Positions 38,450 to 51,421 of a stretch of DNA of 64,000 nucleotides are shown piece by piece; positions within the stretch are counted from its first letter, which is position 1; the number at the start of each line of letters is the position of its first letter. The notes beneath the pieces are model-generated. The model was not told the DNA's origin, searched no databases, and was given only the letters and a program-made list of their open reading frames with translations. The DNA lies in NCBI RefSeq assembly GCF_036321535.1, contig NC_087436.1, positions 14,570,001 through 14,634,000 on the forward strand, read 5' to 3'. The position numbers and the translations under genes were made by a program. This DNA is from Camelus dromedarius. Taxonomy: Eukaryota.

Positions 38450-39620
38450 AACATTTTCAGATACGTATCTAATACTGTAAGATTGGGTTTTCATCCTACT
38501 CATTCAAAATATTGGTACTCCTATATAAAAAAAATTGATAATGTAATGTATATAATTGTACATGCACCAAATGTTTTTTTCTATTTTAGTGGAAATAGTA
38601 TATTTTATAAAAAATTAAAATATGTGATTTCATCTGCTTATCGGTACACTTTAGTGAAAGAAATATGAAATGATAGACAGAATTTGGAAGTATGTTAAAG
38701 GTGTTTTCTTTTGTCATAGTTACATTTAAAAATTAAGAAAAAATCAGATTAAAATTAATGGAGTATGAAACAAAAATGATTACAGATGTGCTATGAGTAA
38801 TTAGAAATTATTCTGACATTGCAAAGTGAATTGTGACATAAAAATGTTCTGATCATGCAAAAGCAGTAATTCATTAAGGAAGAAAAAATAAATTATAAAC
38901 AGAAGTAATGAATAAGCTCTTGGTTTTTTGATAATCCCATTTATGAAAAATATTGAATCATGAAAATAGTGGAAAAATATTTAAATGACTTACTTATTTG
39001 AAACCAAATTCTCTTATCAGTGAACACAGCATAAAACTTACAACACAGAAAGAATGACATTGATGATTGGTTAACGAATGTCATAAATTTAGGGTGTATA
39101 AGATTAGTTATTGTGTAAGAAAAACTTGAATTGAAATCTCAAGTTTATACATGAAAGAGGCTTGACAGAGAATCCTCATATTTGTCAACACTCTCAAAAA
39201 TTTACATGACATTACCATAACAGATTGTGAAATGAAAAGTTTCTAAACTTTGAATAATAAGAAATAAATTTTGATCAGCTATGCTAGAGGAAGGACTAAA
39301 TTATCCACCTAATTTCTGTATAAGAAACATTATAAAAGCTTGTCACTTGAAAGTTGAACAAAGAACGCACCCAACAAAAATATATAGGAGCTATGGAATA
39401 ACAGAATTGTGTCAGATATTTAATTAACACAAATTTTATTTGATAAATGTTATCCATAAAATGGATTTATATATGGCATTTGTCAATCTTTTAAAATTAG
39501 TATTTTATCTTTTCCTTAATTCAAATATGTATCAACTTTCATTTGTAATTTTGTATTCTTTCTTTTAAATCCTTCAGTTTTTAGAAACTTCAGGCCCCTC
39601 AAAACTTAAGTGTGCCCCTG
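38450..39620 (+). mobile_element. Zaphod-like hAT-Tip100 3' portion
   Basis: Degenerate hAT dimerisation domain (LPIT.CE...FSKL.IIRNKF.SAMLEEGLNY) at ~39210-39305, and terminus cttcaggcccctcaaaacttaagtgtgcccctg. Confidence 0.65.
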
Positions 39621-39624
39621 TTAA

Positions 39625-40005
39625 GGGGACAGAGCACAGATGCAAGTGGTGTCTGACTTGATTGGTGGAGGATGGTTTAGAGAGACTGTCTTTCTGAAGA
39701 GGTGACACTTGAACAAAGATGTGATTAAAGTCATGGAGAGAACTTCTGAGGGTTTGTCGGAAAGAGCAATTCAAGTAGGAGCACTGTGGGTTTAAATGCC
39801 TTGTTGGAAATAAGTCTGCTATGCTTATTAAAAGGAGGCAATGAGGTTGGAGCCCAGGGGTTGGAGATGAGGTTGAAAAGGAGAGCAATTATATACTTAA
39901 AGCAATTATATATGGCCTGGATAAAAATTTAAGCAATTTAGATTTTGATTCTAGTTATAATAGGGTTACCATTGGCGAATTTTTCACATTTTCAGACTGG
40001 CAGTG
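39625..40005 (-). mobile_element. L2 fragment
   Basis: tttctgaagaggtgacacttgaacaaag...tttagattttgattctag. Confidence 0.6.
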
Positions 40006-40499
40006 AAACTTTTTCAAGTGCTCATTTGAGGACGCAGTCTCCTTTCTTTTCATCTTTTAGGTCCATTATTCTGTTGAGCTTAGTTCTCATGTTCCAACTA
40101 TATTGGGAAGGAGAAATAACCTGCATACTTGCTCTCTTAAAATACCCAATGCAGAAGGGTAGTCATTGTTTCTAAAAATCATTTTCCTTTGATGAGAACT
40201 GAGGTGTAATTGTAAGGGAGCCATGTGCCCTGTTACACTGCTGTTATTGTGAAAGGTAAGAATGAATTTTGGTTAGAAAATTTGGTGCCATTGCTACATT
40301 AATACTTAGGTATTAGGACCCTGATCTGACCTAATCTAACTTTTACTTAGTATTCCATGTTAAGGTTATACTATAGTTTAATGTTTAACCAGTCTCTAGA
40401 TTAACATAATTTTGAGATTCTTGATATCATAGGCAAGCCTGTAACAAGCAACCTTCTTATGTCTCCTTGAACATTAGGGTAGCTAACAAAAAGAGTATA

Positions 40500-42600
40500 A
40501 TTGCTGTATAATAAGCAGTAAACAAATATAATAGATACTGTGAAATTATCCTTCAAGTGTTATCTCATCAGTGGACGAGTGTATCTACCTCTCCAGTAAT
40601 ACTTGATGTTGTTTTTGATAATCTTAACTCAAAAATATTTTCTCATTGTTTTGATTTGCATTTTCTTAATTATCACTGAGGCTAAACATCTTTGTGTAAG
40701 CTTTTGATAATTGTTTCTACTGTGAATTATCTATATATTCCCATTTTTTCTATTAAAATTATTTTTTCAAAAATATAATCTGGTTATTATTTTAATCCTT
40801 TGGATGTTACATCTGTTTGAAAAACATTTTCCAAATTTGTTGCCAGTTAAACATTTTTTTAAATGGTGTTTTATTTTGTATACAGTGTTTTCTATATTGT
40901 TTCAATATAGGAATGGAAAATTTCGATAAATTGTAATACTGGTTCCAAACTACTCTGTGGAAGCAAATAATATATAGATTCTATAGATTAAAAGCTTTTT
41001 GATTTAAAAAAAGTTTATTTTCTCCTTTTTGTTTAAAACTTTTCAGGTCTATAGTTGAGAAAATAGTACAATGAATACCTGTATACTCTTTACTTAGACT
41101 CAATCAGTTGTTAATATTTTGTTACTATTTTGCCACAGTGTTTTCACTCTGTGTATCTCTGTTTCTATTCATATCCATATCTTCATTTCCATATACACAC
41201 ATAATCTGCTTTTGATATACATTTAGAAAGTAAGTTTTGAACAAACAGGTTACCAGAGGGGAGGAGGTGGGTGAAGGAAAGAACTAGGTGAGGGAGATTA
41301 AGAGGTACAAACTCCCAATTGCCAAGTAAATGAGTCATAGGTATGAAGGGTACAGTGTGGGGAATGTAGTCAGTAACTGTGTAATATCTTTGTATGGTGA
41401 CAGTTGACAACTAGACTTATCATGGTGGTCATTTTGAAATGTATGAAAATATTGATTTACTATGTTAATAGGAAGTTAATAGGAACAGTGTTGTAGGTCG
41501 GTTATATTTCAAAAGCAAACAAACAAACAAACCAACATGGAAAAAGAGATCAGATTTGTGGTTACCAGAGGTAGGGTGTGTGGGGAGGGTAACTGGATGA
41601 AGGTAGTCAAAAGGTACAAACTTTCAGTTATAAGTAAGTACTAGGGATATAATATACAACATGATAAATATACTTGATACTGCTGTATATTATATCTGAA
41701 AATTGTTAAGAAAGTAAATCCTAAGAGTTCTCATCAGAAGGAAGAAAATTTTTTTTCTATTTCTTTAATTTATAATTAAGGAGATGATGGAAGTTCACTA
41801 AACTTATTGTGGTAAACGTTTCATTGTGTACATAAGTTAAATCATCATGCTGTACACCTTAAATTTATACAGTGCTGGATGTAAATTATATCCCAATAAA
41901 AGTGAAAGAAAGAAGTTTTTTACATTTTAGCACTTAACTGCCAAATACTAAACATGTGTGATGTAAAAATATGATTTTTAAAAATGTATAACCACTATAC
42001 CATTATTACACCCATGAAAACTAGCCTTGATTTGATAAAATATAATAATACTGCCCATTTTTGAATTTTCCTGATTACTGCCTTAAATTTTTTATAATCG
42101 CCACCCCAGACTGCTGCCTGCCCTATCCAGGATCTAATCCAAGATGACTCATTGTATTTGGTTATCGTGGTTTTTTTTCTCTTAATCTGAAACACTCTCT
42201 TGCCTTCATTTTGTATTTTATGACACTGACTTTTTAGAGAGTCCAACTAGTTGCCTTGTAGAAGATTGCACATTCTCAAAATTTTCTGACTCTTTCCTTA
42301 TGATTGGATTCGGGTTAAAACATTTTTGGCACTACTACAGCATAGGTGATAGTATATGCTTTTCAGTGTACCACACATACTAGTTTGGTTCATTATTGTT
42401 CATGGTGAGTTTGGTCATTATCTCAAGGAGGTGTTGGCCAGATTTTTTTATTGTAAAGCTACTTCTCCCTTATTTATAAGTAATCTGAGGCTGGTACTTT
42501 GAGGCCATGTGAATATATTTCCTGCCAAGTTTTCATCCAATGGTTTTATCAACTATTGATGATTCTTGCTTGAATCAGCTTATTGCTCTGAATTTTAATG
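40500..42600 (-). mobile_element. Old antisense L1 (L1MC4/5-like) fragments hosting a younger sense L1
   Basis: aaaatagtacaatgaatacctgtatactc, ccaggatctaatccaagatgactcattg, ttttggcactactacagcatagg. Confidence 0.7.
41239..41905 (+). mobile_element. Laurasiatherian L1 3' UTR (duplicated-end type)
   Basis: Two ggttaccagagg...gtacaaact modules, AATAAA at ~41894, degenerate TSD agaaagtaagtttt / agaaagaagtttt. Confidence 0.85.
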
Positions 42601-42743
42601 CTTATGGTATTTAAAAACACAAATTTAAAAAACAGTTGTGGAATATCAAATTTAAAATGTTAGACACTACTAGTATGTTAACTTGTGCTGTGAAAGTAGC
42701 TTTTAAATAAGCATTTCCTGCTGTTCCTTATAAATAAATGTGT

Positions 42744-43277
42744 TGTCAATGCCCTCCAGCAAAGAGCACCAGGAACACACCTGTGGTTGGACAAGCTGGA
42801 TTTATTACTTATTGCAGCAAGGGAGAACACGCTGTGGGAAACCATGTGATGTCCCAGTAAGAGGGTGTTGGAAAGGACTTAAAGGGTTTGGGCTTTGGTT
42901 GGGTGATTGAGGGACTGGTCCAAGGTAGCAGAGGTCCACTCTGGATTGGGTGCTATCAAAAAGCAGGAACAATTTTATGCTTTGGTATCTCAATAAGTCT
43001 TATCTGTAGGGAGGGTAGAATATAGTGAGATTAAAGTTATAATTGTTAAAGCAGCAGCATTCACTCATACTTTCTGCGAGAGGAGGACGTTTGGTATTTT
43101 TGTGGCTTGGACAGTGTTTAGATGTGATTACCAAGCGGTCTTGTTTTGCTGGTCAGAATGGCCGTGTCTAATGCTGATGTTCTGTGAAATAGTTTATGTT
43201 CAACAGAAGAATACCAAGACTTGGCTGCTAGTACCAGGCAAGTTCCTGTATATCAGAAGCTGCTTTTCCCTTTCTCA
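42744..43277 (-). mobile_element. MER21/MER68/MER77-group solo LTR
   Basis: TG...CA termini and 4-bp TSD gtgt (42740-42743 / 43278-43281). Reverse complement starts tgagaaagggaaaagcagc...ctgttgaacataaac. Confidence 0.8.
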
Positions 43278-45354
43278 GTGTCATTTGAAAGAAAGTTTTA
43301 ACTCGCAAAGTTTTTTTTAAAAGATGTTTTCCCACTGGATGTATTCTGTAGGTAGAGTCGTAAGAATGATGACTCTACTGCATAGGCAAGGGGAGGAATG
43401 GGCTCAGCTAAATGTGGGTAAGACTCAGATACATATACAGCTCTTGTGTTCTTTTTGTGCTTTGTCAGTAGTGTAAATAGTCACTGTTTAAGTTAACAGA
43501 TCAGTAAATATCTCAAGCATATTGTTCTACAGGTAATATTAGCCTCATTTAAAATTTAGGGGTATTTTTAGTTTTACACATTTATAAGGAGCTGACAGTT
43601 GTTGGAAACTTATTGATTTAGCTTTGAATTGAAATGTTTCAAAATATCTTACAGAAATTTCTTATTCAGGTACCTGTCTTTATGTATCAGGATCTTCTTG
43701 ATATAGTCTAATTGAAACAATACCGAAATAAATTGCTGAAACTAATAAAAACTCATGACTACATATTTTTATATTTGTTGGACAGCCACATTGTTTTATT
43801 CATTCTCTTTATGGAAGTAAATATAACTCACAAAATAATTTCACATTAATATTGTTCATATCTTTTAAATATTGGATTTTATGTAAGATTTCATTTGCAG
43901 AAGGTTCTGTTAGGGGAAAATGGTTGAATATCACTCATACTATGAATAGCGTAAAGAAACCATTTTCTGTTTGTTTAGTATTGTTACTTCTTTAACTCAG
44001 AATGGGTGTAGTACATATTTATTTATATAATAATGTATATTTATATATATCCCCAGATCTTGCTTTTGAGGATTTCTGACCTCTCCAAATCCGTTTGTTC
44101 TACAAATCAGCAATTTTAGCTCTAGTATGATTAAAAACCTTATGATAAAATAAAATTCCACAGAATATGTTCCAGATAGTAAAAAAAATAAATAAATAAA
44201 ATATTTTTGATGTGACTATTTTGATAATATATCAATATACTTTGCTCTTTGAAAAGTAGCATGCCATAACCATAGTTTACTTTTAGATAACTTAGGGTTC
44301 TCCATTTGAATCTCAGTTAGTAAACAGGGATGCCATTGGTGAGAATTTACAGTTTAACTCATCCCTGTCTTTTAGAAATAGACATGTCAGTGCCCTAGGC
44401 CATTTCTCTTTCCATATTCTTTCCTTTCCCCCTCCCTTAATGCCTGTTAAAACCATTAGTCTGCTCCATTTTACAGATATGGAAGGAGGCTCTGCCCTCC
44501 CCATACCTGCACCTGTTATCCACAGGCAGTTAGAAGGTCTTATTAGGGATTTATAAAGCATTACTTTCTGTACTTTGTAGCACAAAGAAATTTGGTGTTT
44601 TATTATAGTATTGGCTGTACTTTTTCAGACTGTGCTTCCTGCCCTGCCCCTCCCCTTGGTTTAGAATCACTGCTGTAGGAATATAAGGGCAGTCTGTCTG
44701 TGGTGTGACTCCTCATTGATCACCAGGGTTAACTGAATTAACTTCCGTCTAGAAAGAGAATTTTAGGAATGACTTTTGAGTTTGCTCTTTGCATGTTTTG
44801 GCTGCTCTTGAAGTTAATTTGGCTGTGGTACTGCAGTAGCTTATTTGCCTCAAAGAGATTTGCCCCAAAGCTTGATTGGAAAAAGTCCATGTGCTGATGG
44901 TTTTGAAACTATGACAATATGGAAGTTATCTTTCTGGCTTGACTGTTTTTCTTACAGCATTAGTGATAGGTTGAATGCTATTTTAGGTAGTAAAGTTATG
45001 TTGTAGTCTGAACTAGGTGTACTATTTTGGCTATTAACTTAGTGGAGAATTCCGCTTCCCTGGAAAGGGCTTCTCACCTCTCATCTGGGGCTATTTCACT
45101 GCACCTTGGTGTGGATATGCAGAAAAGTACCTACGTCCTAGTTTCCGGAAGTTGATCACACCACTTGGGGAACATTTTAATTGTAGTTGTTTAGCTATGT
45201 TAGGGCTGTATTGGTTTTGCTTTCAGCTATGCTACAAAGTGGAAAAGATTGAATTGCTCTTATGTCTCTCATCACATGCTGAAACTTTACTGTGACCCAT
45301 GAAAGAGACATAGCAAACTGAACATAGCTTTCCCAATTACTAGCTCCCACCTGC

Positions 45355-45445
45355 TGACCCCCCCCCCACCCTGTCTCTTTCTGTGTCTCTCTCTGTCTCC
45401 CTTTCTCCTTCTTTTTCCTCCTGCCCTCCCTCCCTCCCTTCTTCT
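45355..45445. repeat. C/T-rich simple repeat
   Basis: Direct reading. Confidence 0.8.
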
Positions 45446-45979
45446 TTGTCCGTTTGATTTTCAGCCTGGTTTCCTTTCATATCCACACAGTAAGCAGTTC
45501 GTTCCCTTTAGAAGTCAGTTGACTCTCTTTGTGTGTTTTTTAACACCTCTATTATGATATGATTCCTGTACAGTGAACTACACATATTTCAGATGTACAA
45601 AACCGCCACCACAATCAAGATAGCTTACATTTCCAATGGAGCTGGTTTACACAGAGATGGGACTATGGTAACAATCTATTGTGAGATTATTATTGTCTAT
45701 CATTTTTAAATGAGCAAATGGATGTTTATGAGATGGTGATCTGCCTAAACGAATATTGCCTACTGAGATTTGTCTGACTTGGAGCCCAGACGTGTTGATT
45801 CCCTGCTAGTGTCTCTGTTTTGCTGGATCATGCATATCTGGATCATTCTTTTTAGTTGACTTGGTGGGTACATATCTTTTGCCTTTTGAGAGCTAAACAT
45901 GTTAAAAGACAAGTCAAATATTTATTAGACACTCTCTTGGAAGGTGAAAATAAATGTGCCTCATCACTAGTAAAGCATA

Positions 45980-46073
45980 TTTATTTATTTATATTTTTAG
46001 GGGGGAGGTAATTAGATTTACTTATTTATGTGCATGCTAAGCATGTGCTCTACCACTTGAGCTGTACCCTCCC
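45980..46073 (-). mobile_element. Vic-1-type SINE with internal deletion of the B box
   Basis: Reverse complement gggagggtacagctcaagtggtagagcacatgcttagcatgcacat joins directly to aaataagtaaatctaattacctcccc. TSD tagtaaagc on both sides. Confidence 0.85.
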
Positions 46074-46264
46074 TGCTTAGTAAAGCTTGTTTTTGACCCC
46101 TCCATCAGTCTGCTTAGAAAGTTTATTTTAAACATCAAGTTACAAAAGTTTCCTGAACTTTCTCCTTTTTATGTTGTTGGGACGGATAGGAGTGGTGGAG
46201 AAGTCCAGGAGACAGTACCACTACCCTTTTCTTTTACTTTCTAGCTGGAAATCTTTCCTAAATT

Positions 46265-46370
46265 CCACAGTTAATATCTGTGTTCCAATACTAATTCTCT
46301 GATATCAGCTGGTGTCCTATAATTCAGTTTAATTCAGTTTGAACACTGACTCCCCATAGTTAGTGTATAT
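46265..46370. mobile_element. MER21-like LTR fragment
   Basis: aattctctgatatcagctggtgtcctataattcagtttaattc...acactgactccccatagttagtg. Confidence 0.5.
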
Positions 46371-46559
46371 ATTATATGTATTTTAAATTATACTATAGTA
46401 TCGGTGTAACATCTTTTATCGTGTCAGTGTAACATCCCAGAATTGTCTTTGGGATTCTTTATTTTGTCTCCAGACTGTTTATTAAGATTCTGCCGGAAAA
46501 ATAGGTTTCAGATTTTAATTTCTCTGCTTCTTTTCCGTGTTCTAACTTTTAAACTTTAA

Positions 46560-47260
46560 AAACTTTAATTTTGTTTTGATATAGTTAATGTGTAATTTGA
46601 TGAATTTTGACACATGTATATACTCATGAAACCATCACCACATTCAAGATAATGAGTATATACAAAAACCTATTTATAACTCTCCAATTCCTCTCTCTCC
46701 TCCCCAACCTTCCAGGCAATCATTTTAAAAAAGATTTTACTTTCTATCAATACAGGCTAGTTTGTGTTTTTTGGAACATTATGTATAAGTAAAATGATAT
46801 GTGTCTCCTCTTTTGTTTGGCTTCTTTCCCCCATCTTAATAAATTTAAGATTTATCCATATTGTTGTATGAACTATCAATACTTTGCCCCTTTTTACTAG
46901 GGAATGCTGTTCCATTTTTTGGATATATCACAATTTGTTTTCCATTTACCTGTTGCCGCATTGGATTGTTAGCAGTTTTTGGCTATTACAGATTGGCTAC
47001 AGACATTTGTGTGAAGTTTTTTATGTAAACATGGGCCTTCATTTTCCCTCTGAGTGAAGTAGCGGAGTCATATAGTGGGTATATGATTATCTTTATAAGA
47101 AACGAGATACGAGTCCTTTGGATAACTGTTTGGAGATTTTTCCCAGTTTGTGGCTTTGCCTTTTCATATTTTAACTGTATCTATTGAAGTTCAAAAGTTT
47201 TTTATTTTGATGAAGATGAGTTTATATTTTTTCTTTTGTATTTCATGCTTTTTGTGATAT
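46560..47260 (-). mobile_element. L1MC/L1MD 3' end
   Basis: gaattttgacacatgtatatactcatgaaaccatcaccacattcaagataatgag. Confidence 0.75.
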
Positions 47261-47262
47261 AT

Positions 47263-47758
47263 TGTGGGGGGTTGAATGGTATTCCCATTCCTCAAAGATG
47301 TCATGTCCTAATTTCTAAAACCTGCGAATGTATTCGTTTATGTGGCTGAAGAAACTTTTCATATGTTATTAAGTTAAGGGTCTTGAGATGGGGTGTTTAT
47401 CTGGAATTATCCAGGTGGGCCTAGTTTAATCAGACTCCTTAAAGAGGGAGATGAGAAGGTCAGGGCAGAAGAAAGAGATGGGAGACTGAAGTAGAGATTA
47501 GAGTGGTGGACTTTGAAGACTGAGGAAAGGACCAGGAGCTAAGGAATTCACACAGCTTTCTGAAGTTAGAAAAGGCCAGGAAACAGGTTTTCTGCTAGAG
47601 CTTTTAGAAAGAACACTGGCCTGCTAACACCTTGATTTTTAGCCCAGTGAAACCAATTATGGACTTCTGACCTCAAGAACTGTGTATAATAAATTCATGT
47701 TGTTATGCGCTGCCAAGTTTGCAGTCACGTGTTATAGCAGCCATAGGAAGCTAATACA
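47263..47758 (+). mobile_element. MLT1D-like MaLR LTR
   Basis: tgtggggggttgaatgg...aaagatgtcatgtcctaat...ggacttctgacctcaagaactgt...gttatagcagccataggaagctaataca. Confidence 0.88.
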
Positions 47759-48115
47759 GGGGTGGGGGTGCATCTGGAACAAGTACCTAAAAGTATGGAA
47801 GTGGCTTTGAAACTTGGGTAATTGGTAGAATTTTGAGGAGCATGATAGAAAAAGCCTAGATTGTCTTGAAGGTACTGTTGGTATAAATATGGACATTAAA
47901 GATGTTGAAGATGAGGACTCAGAAGAAAGTAAGGAACATGGTAAAGAAAGCCTATAGCTTCTTAAAGAAATGCCTAAATCATTATAAACAGAATTTCGGT
48001 GGAAATACGAACTTTGATGGTGCAAAAGGAAAGGAACACGTTATTGGAAACTGGAGTAAAGGGGCTCTTTGTCAGCTGGTAACAGAAAGCTGACCGGAAT
48101 TCTGCCCTGTAATTA
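47759..48115 (+). mobile_element. MLT1-int 5' internal fragment
   Basis: Directly follows the LTR: tacctaaaagtatggaagtggctttgaaacttgggtaa...ttattggaaactggagtaaagg. Confidence 0.8.
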
Positions 48116-49259
48116 CATAGCTGCCTCTATTCTCTCTTGCCTTGGTATGGTAGCAGTCATTTATGTGTACACTTTACTCTTCTTTTGTGTGCTTGCATAA
48201 AGTACTTTGGTTTTAATTAAAGTGACAGATTTGTATTTTTATATAAATAAAATTTGCGTTTTAATAAAGTATCAGTATTCTTCAGAGCAAACATCTTAGA
48301 AAAATATATATATATGCACTTGTTCTCAAGATGTCATTATTACTGAAGTCTTTTTGCAGTTCCCCTTTGAATACATAGACACATAAAAATAACTTGCTTT
48401 AAAACCTTTAATTTCTGGATTTTCCTAATGGCTTCAAGGAAACTATTTTTAAAAACTGATTTTGAACTTATATTTTGGACTAAAATGGTTATTGTAAAGC
48501 ACATATATTGGTTATATATATATATGCTTATTTATTATTGAAGAAAATTATTTAGAAAGTGGAAGTGCATTGTTTCATAGAATACTTTTAAATGGTAACT
48601 TTTGTTAATGGTTATCATTTATTAGTGTGATACAACTTATAAATAAATGAAGATTGTGCATTCACCCTGTTCTTCCAGATCTTTTCCTTCTGGATTCTAG
48701 GGTTTTTTGTTTATTTTGTTTTGTTTTTGGGAGGAGGATACATAAGGCAGTAATCATTTCTATATTTTTAACCATTGCCAAGCTGAAAATCAGTCTTTAA
48801 ATTTAAAACAAAAGTTAGAGCTGTTTAAACGTGGAATTTCTAAATATTATAGTTCCCTCTTCTGTCTTCTCAGAGCTATTGCACCATGTTAAATGTTTCA
48901 AATTAATTTCAACAAGTGGTCAAAAATTACCAGTAGACTTAAATTGCTGTTTGATTCTCTGGAGTTAGAAGGACTCCTGTGTTTGCCACCTAAATCTCTA
49001 GTATTTCTGTTGAGTTTGGATTTGAAATAGTCATTAGCCAAAATTATTTGTGGAAAATAGGAAAGATGGGAGTACAAAGAAAGTGACATAATGAAGAAGC
49101 ATATAATTTCAGGATACGAGACAGCTGACATGGTTTCTGCGAGTCAGTGGCATGAAAAAGGGGCCTGGGGAGTTGCTCTTAAATGAAAGAGATGTCAGAA
49201 ACATAAGCAGGACATACAAAGAGTAGTTCTTTTTAGGTTCTGTTTTGATCACATTACCT

Positions 49260-49610
49260 AGAATAGACATTTTTGAGGTAGTCTTGGAAATTTTGAATAT
49301 TGACTGGTATTAGTTAATACCATGGAAACTTAATTTGACAAGTGTGATATAGTCATTTTGTGATTATATAGGGCAATGGCAGAATTAAAGATACGCGTGA
49401 TGTGTGTGGGTGGAAGGGAGTGACATCATGTCTGGGATTTACTTTAAAATAGCTTATAAAAACAAAAGAATAAAAGGCAAATAGAGCAATGTTGACAATA
49501 TCTTGAATAATTGTTGACTAGGGGTGACAGATAGGTCATAGAGATTCATTATAGTCTTCTCTGTACTTTTATATATAATGGAAAATTTTATTTTAAAAAT
49601 TCAATTTTTT
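49260..49610 (+). mobile_element. L1MC-type 3' end
   Basis: ggaaattttgaatattgactgg...catgtctgggatttactttaaaata...gattcattatagtcttctctgtactttt. Confidence 0.65.
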
Positions 49611-49779
49611 GTCTACTGAATACATGTTTTTGCTGCTACTGCTTCTCCCAACATTAAAAAAAAAACTTAAATCTTTAAAAATATTATTTATGTTTCTAAT
49701 AAGAAAAATGAGGCTTTTTGTGGCCACTTCATTCTTCCTTCTTTTTTTTTTTTTTTTTTTTTTTGGTCTCCTTCTGAAT

Positions 49780-49960
49780 TATCACCATCTGCTATAGTAA
49801 ATATTTGTTTTGTTTGTTATGTGTCTTCTCCTCCTGGAATGTAAGTTGAATGAAGGTAGGAGGGGTTTCTTTCTGTTTTGTGCATTGCTACTTCATTACC
49901 TCTACCTGCTTAGCACATGGTAGTTGCCTGGTAAATAGTTTAATGACTGAATGGCTGAAT
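49780..49960 (+). mobile_element. L2 3' end
   Basis: ggaatgtaagttgaatgaaggtagg...agcacatggtagttgcctggtaaatag...tgaatggctgaat. Confidence 0.65.
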
Positions 49961-50283
49961 GGGAACTAAAGCTCTTGAACATTGAGGGCATGGGGTTTGG
50001 CCAAAGACAGAACCAAGGAGAACCACTTTGAAAATTAACCCTGTGGAACTTAACGGGAAAATGCGGGCTAGTAGATTAAAATTCAGAGGACTAAGAAGCC
50101 GTCTTTCCCGCCTTTGACTGTAAAGCCTTAATATAACAAATAGTCAACATATTTTCAGCAGTAGGAATTGCTATAAAATAATTGTTATTTTACTGTAATT
50201 TCTCTGTCTTTCATGTAGTCATGAAGGTTTTCCCTCCCTCCAGTTATCTATTTATTACTAAAAAGCAGTCCCTTCTTGAGATG

Positions 50284-50445
50284 TACAGCTGTCCCTTGGT
50301 GTCTGGGGGGATGGGCATGGGGGGTTGTTTACAAGACCCCACAGATACCAGAATTTGTGGATGCTCAAGTCCCTCACGTAAATGATGTAGCACAGTTGAC
50401 CCTCTGTCTCTGTGGATTCCACATCTGTCTGTATGGAGGGCACAC
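50284..50445 (+). mobile_element. MER2-like Tigger MITE
   Basis: tacagctgtcccttggtgtctg...gaccccacagataccagaatttgtggatgctcaagtccct. Confidence 0.7.
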
Positions 50446-50925
50446 TCTATTTTACTTAAAGGTTATGTATTTCTTCTCAGGAAAAAAATTATTTAAAACT
50501 AGTAATTTTATACAGGCAAGGTGAATTTTAGAAACTGTTCTTAATGATTTGTTTTTATGTTAAAAAATACATAATCTCACATTTTTCCTAATAGCTGATT
50601 TTCTCTTTTTCAACATGTATGTGTTCACAAGATAGATTTTAATATCTTGCTGCATGAACATCATAATTATCAGTTATCTACTACTTTTAGACAATAGATG
50701 TTAGTTTTAAACAGTACTGTGAGACATAGCTGATAATCGTATTCAATAATTAACGTGGCTGCAAGTTGAGTATTAAAAATGACATCAGTGAAAATTCAGA
50801 AACATTTTATATTTGATATTCTAAAATGAAAGGTTTTAGAATCACTGCTTTTAAAATTACTGAAGTCATTTTTATAACCAAAACTGTAAGCTTTGACTGA
50901 AGGAGAAAGGTAAACAAAAATTTCT

Positions 50926-51421
50926 AGTGAGTCTCAACATTTTTGGGTTTCAGGACCCCATTACACTCTTAGAAATTATTTAGTACCCCAAAGATCTTTG
51001 ATTTATTTGGGCTGTATTTCTCAGTGTTTACCCTTAGAAAGTAAAACTGAGAAATTTAAAAAGTATTCATTTATTAAATTTACTTAAAAATAACAGGTAA
51101 TTACATATTCACGCAATGGAGAAATAGCCATATTTTCCCAAAACAAATGAGAAAGATGACATTACTTTACATTTCTGCAAATCTATTTAAAGTCTGGCTT
51201 AATGGAAGACAATTGGATTCTCATATCTGCTTCTGCATTCAGTCTGTTAGGATGTTATAAGCCATGTAGTATTAGAAGCCAAGAAAACTTTATTGTATAC
51301 TTATGAGAGATTGAGAGTGAAAACACAAATAACATCTTAGTATTATGAAAATAATTTTGATCTCATAGATGGCTTATAGAGGTCTCATGGACCCCCAAGG
51401 TCCAAATTTTGAGAACTGCTG
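50926..51421. mobile_element. hAT-Charlie non-autonomous element (Charlie4a-like)
   Basis: tagtgagtctcaac...tcaggaccccattacactctt...tttgagaactgctg; about 0.5 kb. Confidence 0.7.
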